Source of the DNA: a bacterium
GTDB taxonomy: Bacteria; UBA8248
Reading direction: 5' to 3'
DNA length: 64,000 nucleotides
Assembly (NCBI GenBank): GCA_963692865.2
Contig: OY843592.1
Location: 2,176,001 to 2,240,000, forward strand
The translations under genes were made by a program, and so were the position numbers. Positions 60,591-64,000 of this stretch are shown piece by piece. Under the pieces are notes generated by a model, which worked only from the letters and a program-made list of their open reading frames with translations, had not been told where the DNA came from and searched no databases. Positions within the stretch are counted from its first letter, which is position 1. Each line of letters opens with the position of its first letter.

Positions 60591-60839
60591 TCCCGGCCCG
60601 GCCCGTCCGTCCGCCGCTTGACGGGCCGCCCCCCGTCGCATAGGATTCGCCTCGCCACATTACTTGCGGAGCGACCTGCATTCGGGTCGCCCGCGGAATA
60701 CAACACCGTATCCTTGCGGGAATACGCGGGAACCTACCCATAATCCGTGAGTAGTGTGGCAACGGCCCGATCCGGGCCCGCCTGAAACGGCGGAATTGCG
60801 CCCGTTTCCATGGACGGTTGCCGAAAGGGAGGAATCCAC

Positions 60840-62639
60840 GTGAAGACTTGGAATCGCACCATACCCGCCCTCGCGCTGGCGGCGATGATGACCCTGGCCG
60901 GTTGTGGTGGTGGTGGAAGCGCGAGCGCGCCGACGCCGACACCCACACCGACACCGACGCCAACACCCACACCGACGCCGACACCCACACCAACGCCGAC
61001 GCCAACGCCGACAGAACCACGGGGAGAACTCGCGCTTCCCGGCCTCGAACTTATCCCCTTGAAAATGATCAAACTCACGAACCGGGAAATGCAGAAAAGG
61101 TTTGTGGTGCTTGATCCCGGCGCGACTGATGATCACGGCGACGCCGTTCGGAAAGCCGCCTGCAAGGCATACGTTACCGGATGCGAGGATTCAACCGATT
61201 TTTCCGGTAAACTGATCGGGAGAGACGGCAAGACTCTGGTTGATCGGACGGACGGAACAACGCCGTTCTCATCTTTTGAGAATCGAACTATCGCCGGTTT
61301 CACTGAATATAAATGGTATTTGCAAGAATTTGAGAAACTAGGTTCCGTAAAGATAGTTACGGAATCAGTAGGCCCGGATGGCGGCGGAACTTTCGCTGAG
61401 CAATATGGGGCCTCACTCCCGTTTTTGAATATAAACGGAGCGGGGAATAAAGGGCAGGAAAAGGGGGATACTTTTCTGCCTACGCAGGACAGGCATTGGA
61501 AATTCTATAACCATGACGAAATTACCGGGGAGCCGATTCTTGTCGGGGAGCAGGTTGATACGGAAACGCCTCTTGTGGTGCTTGAGGCCATAGCCGCCGA
61601 TAAGGTGATCTATGTCGCCGGACACATGATAGACGCCAACGGAAACTATGTCCGCGATCCTAGCTCAAGCGGATGCAAGGGCAGGGGCGGGGATTACGGG
61701 TGTATATGGGCGCCGATCGCCATCAAGGGCGTCGGTTGGGGAACGAGCTTCTCCTCCCCCATATTCGGCGCGGCCCTCGCGTCCGTTCTCGCCGTTTTCC
61801 CTGATACGCACCACACCGAGTTAGCCCGATTCGGGAAGGCGTGCGCCCTCAAAAAGGGGAACGGCATAGAGGCTTTGCTTCAAAAATCCGGAGGGGTAGG
61901 CGTCGCCGATTTTCATTGTATGGGGGGCGTGGTGGATTCCCTCGCCAAACTACCATCCGGGGGAACGGCGACTATCACGATCAACGGGCAGGCCGTGAAC
62001 GTCGGGGGGCGTAGCGTGTCTCTCGCCCCACAAGCGAGCGTGGCGTCATACGTCATGCGACAGGCGAGCATACAGACGACGGGAAGGGCGATACCGGCAA
62101 GCGTGGCGTATGCGCCGGAGAAGGATGGATTCTCTTTCGAGGCCGTGCAGACCGAGGCCGGATCAATGTCTGTAGCGGGTGTGCAGAAGGTCGGGAGTTT
62201 CTTCGCGCTGGCGGCCATAGGGGAGAGAAAAGACTTTTTCGGTTTCAGCAACGGCCACGGAAACATCATCAATACCGAGATATCAGCCGGACACCAAAAC
62301 GCTTTCCTTCGTTTCGAGAAACAATTTTCAAGGGGGGGAGTGAGTATCAGGGATGCAGAGGGCGAGTCTTTGGGGTTCACCATCCAAAAGGGTGTTGACT
62401 TGACGGACGGGGTGTTTCTCTCTGCGTCGGTTCGTGGCGACAGGTTCCTTGGTGGCGAGGCGAGCATCCCATACGGGCGAGTAAATCTTGACAAGGGGAA
62501 ATGGGAGCATCGCGTATCCTTGGCGACTGATATCGCCGTCGCCGAAAACGCCACCTTGAACATATCGGGGGGCGCGCGTTTTCCGGCGTCGGGTGAGAGT
62601 GAGTCAAACATTTTCGCCGGGTATTCTTTGCGCTACTGA
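60840..62639 (+). CDS. Lipoprotein subtilase (S8) with PT linker and putative C-terminal beta-barrel
   Basis: GGAGG RBS and GTG start; lipobox LAGC; Pro-Thr run; D(VLDPG), H(DHG), N(GAGN), S(GTSFSSP); ends YSLRY. Confidence 0.75.
   Translation: MKTWNRTIPALALAAMMTLAGCGGGGSASAPTPTPTPTPTPTPTPTPTPTPTPTPTPTEPRGELALPGLELIPLKMIKLTNREMQKRFVVLDPGATDDHGDAVRKAACKAYVTGCEDSTDFSGKLIGRDGKTLVDRTDGTTPFSSFENRTIAGFTEYKWYLQEFEKLGSVKIVTESVGPDGGGTFAEQYGASLPFLNINGAGNKGQEKGDTFLPTQDRHWKFYNHDEITGEPILVGEQVDTETPLVVLEAIAADKVIYVAGHMIDANGNYVRDPSSSGCKGRGGDYGCIWAPIAIKGVGWGTSFSSPIFGAALASVLAVFPDTHHTELARFGKACALKKGNGIEALLQKSGGVGVADFHCMGGVVDSLAKLPSGGTATITINGQAVNVGGRSVSLAPQASVASYVMRQASIQTTGRAIPASVAYAPEKDGFSFEAVQTEAGSMSVAGVQKVGSFFALAAIGERKDFFGFSNGHGNIINTEISAGHQNAFLRFEKQFSRGGVSIRDAEGESLGFTIQKGVDLTDGVFLSASVRGDRFLGGEASIPYGRVNLDKGKWEHRVSLATDIAVAENATLNISGGARFPASGESESNIFAGYSLRY
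60929..61013 (+). repeat. Coding hexanucleotide tandem repeat (Pro-Thr, about 14 copies)
   Basis: CCRACR repeats. Confidence 0.9.
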
Positions 62640-62780
62640 ATGCAAAAGAACTTTCCACACGGGCCAGGCAGGGACGACCCCGCCGGGTCCGCCGCTTGAT
62701 TCAAGACGCCCATACACCGCATTTGACCGTAGTTCCGGCTTTCGGGTAAGGCTGCATATAATTCCCATAAGGAGATATCA

Positions 62781-64000
62781 ATGACCACCCGACGTTACGA
62801 ACCCGCATCGCTCCCTCGCTTCCACCATTTTCCCCAAAGTCGAAAACTGCCGTGCCGGCTTGGGCTCCGACCAGTCTTCGCCGTCGTCTTTGCGCTGGCA
62901 ATTCTTGCGCTCTTTCCGCAAGCCTCTCCGGCTCATCCCCTGGACGCAAGCAAACTGGAGCGGGACCTACTCGATTTCGCCATAGAACTTGGGAACCGAT
63001 ATATCCACGAGTACGAACACTTTGGCGCCACCAGTGATCTGGATAAAGCGAATAATTACTACCAATTCGCTCTCAATCTCTCGCCCCCCAATCCCAAGGA
63101 GGCAGAGGGGAGATATCGGCTTGGCGTATTTTTTCTTTACGGTTATCAGCATTCTGGCACCTGGAAGTCCATCGAATATGCCAGGAAACTCTTCGAGAGA
63201 GCCGCCGAGTTGGGCGACATCCGAGCGAAAATAGAACTGAAGCGACTACCCGCCGAGAAGGGCTTTGCTCGCGTGGACCGGCTCACGCCGGACGCGGAAT
63301 ACTGCGGGTTGATCAGGGGGCGTGCTCAAGGTGACAAAAGCGCCGCGCACTGGCCGCTGGTCGCCGAAGAGTACGGCAGAATTCTTTTGGCCTCCGTTTG
63401 CGGGAGCGCCGGTCTCGATTCCAAAGACGGAAGGGACAGTATCCGCGAAGGCATAGGATACTTGCGGGAAGCCGCAAAGAATGGCCGGACCTTCGCTCGA
63501 TATCTGCTGTTTCGGGCGATGGACGAAAAGTTGACCCAACCATTAAGTAGAGACATTAGGGTGGACCTAGCTCAAGGGAACCCGGTAACGGACTCGGATA
63601 AGGGGATTTTGAAGGCGCATATCCAGAAGGGGATTTTGAAGGAGTTGCGGTACGAGTTTCGGACATGCGAACCACCTCTACCAACGGACCCTTTTCTCGA
63701 TCGACCCGACGGCCCCGACAGAAGGAAATATGGACTTATGCAATCGGTGCTGAGTTGGCGGGATGGGGATCCGTACGCCGCTTACGGCCTTCATGAGTTG
63801 GGCAAAGCTTATTACGAACTTTCGCGAACTTGTCGCGAGCTGGCGAAGAAGAAGAAAGCAAATCGGCATAACCGGGTCACGGCGCCTTTCCTCCGCAAGT
63901 ACGCAGAAATTTATGAACGCAAATCCGTCATGTCGCTGCTCATCGCTGGACATCGATGGACGTACCGGTTCGTTCCTTTCTGCCTGCCCGGCAAGGAGGC
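62781..64000 (+). CDS. Exported TPR/Sel1-like helical-repeat protein, runs off the window edge
   Basis: AAGGAG RBS and ATG 62781; open to the end by manual translation; hydrophobic VFAVVFALAILALF; motifs DKANNYYQFA, EGRYRLG, ARKLFERAAELGD, YLREAAKNG. Confidence 0.7.
   Translation, partial: MTTRRYEPASLPRFHHFPQSRKLPCRLGLRPVFAVVFALAILALFPQASPAHPLDASKLERDLLDFAIELGNRYIHEYEHFGATSDLDKANNYYQFALNLSPPNPKEAEGRYRLGVFFLYGYQHSGTWKSIEYARKLFERAAELGDIRAKIELKRLPAEKGFARVDRLTPDAEYCGLIRGRAQGDKSAAHWPLVAEEYGRILLASVCGSAGLDSKDGRDSIREGIGYLREAAKNGRTFARYLLFRAMDEKLTQPLSRDIRVDLAQGNPVTDSDKGILKAHIQKGILKELRYEFRTCEPPLPTDPFLDRPDGPDRRKYGLMQSVLSWRDGDPYAAYGLHELGKAYYELSRTCRELAKKKKANRHNRVTAPFLRKYAEIYERKSVMSLLIAGHRWTYRFVPFCLPGKE

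Noticed and set aside
5166-60743. Recurrent short ORFs with GLLKK, FFNNP, HSPLEG and RMICGPY peptides
   Set aside because: Translations of palindromic repeats in mixed frames and strands; no evidence they are genes.
63600-63642. Short direct repeat AAGGGGATTTTGAAGG
   Set aside because: An in-frame coding duplication (KGILK twice); too short to interpret.

Overview
GC-rich bacterial chromosome segment. The Sel1/TPR proteins, PT-linker subtilase, toxin-antitoxin (TA) genes, restriction genes and heavy repeat load resemble host-associated marine lineages such as sponge symbionts, but this is inference only. Housekeeping genes: gap-pgk-tpiA-secG, a peptide ABC binding protein, a pgi-like gene, aroA, rimI, cvpA, tag and tenA. 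Catabolic genes: hydantoinase A/B, amidohydrolases, CocE/NonD, SDR, Zn-ADH, tandem MBL, acyl-CoA ligase and TauE pairs, and a DmdA-like/dimethylglycine-dehydrogenase divergon. There are two accessory hotspots: a TA graveyard (23-27.5 kb) and a defence island (36.5-41.6 kb) with a Dam-type MTase, a NotI-family REase, an ABC ATPase plus PIN nuclease, and a NucS-like/DUF4268 protein. About 7 kb in about 14 intergenic clusters is a modular, nested repeat system with no transposase in the window. It consists of TIR-bounded MITEs (GGGGTTGTTGAAAAA), CCCCCTTGAGGGGG-ended palindromic elements, and GTAG- and CGTC-type REP hairpins, with arms that appear to be swapped at the GTAG/CTAC motif. Several accessory cassettes are bounded by duplicated promoters or duplicated gene tails. 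No rRNA, tRNA or CRISPR array was seen. All family assignments come from motif recognition, not database searches.
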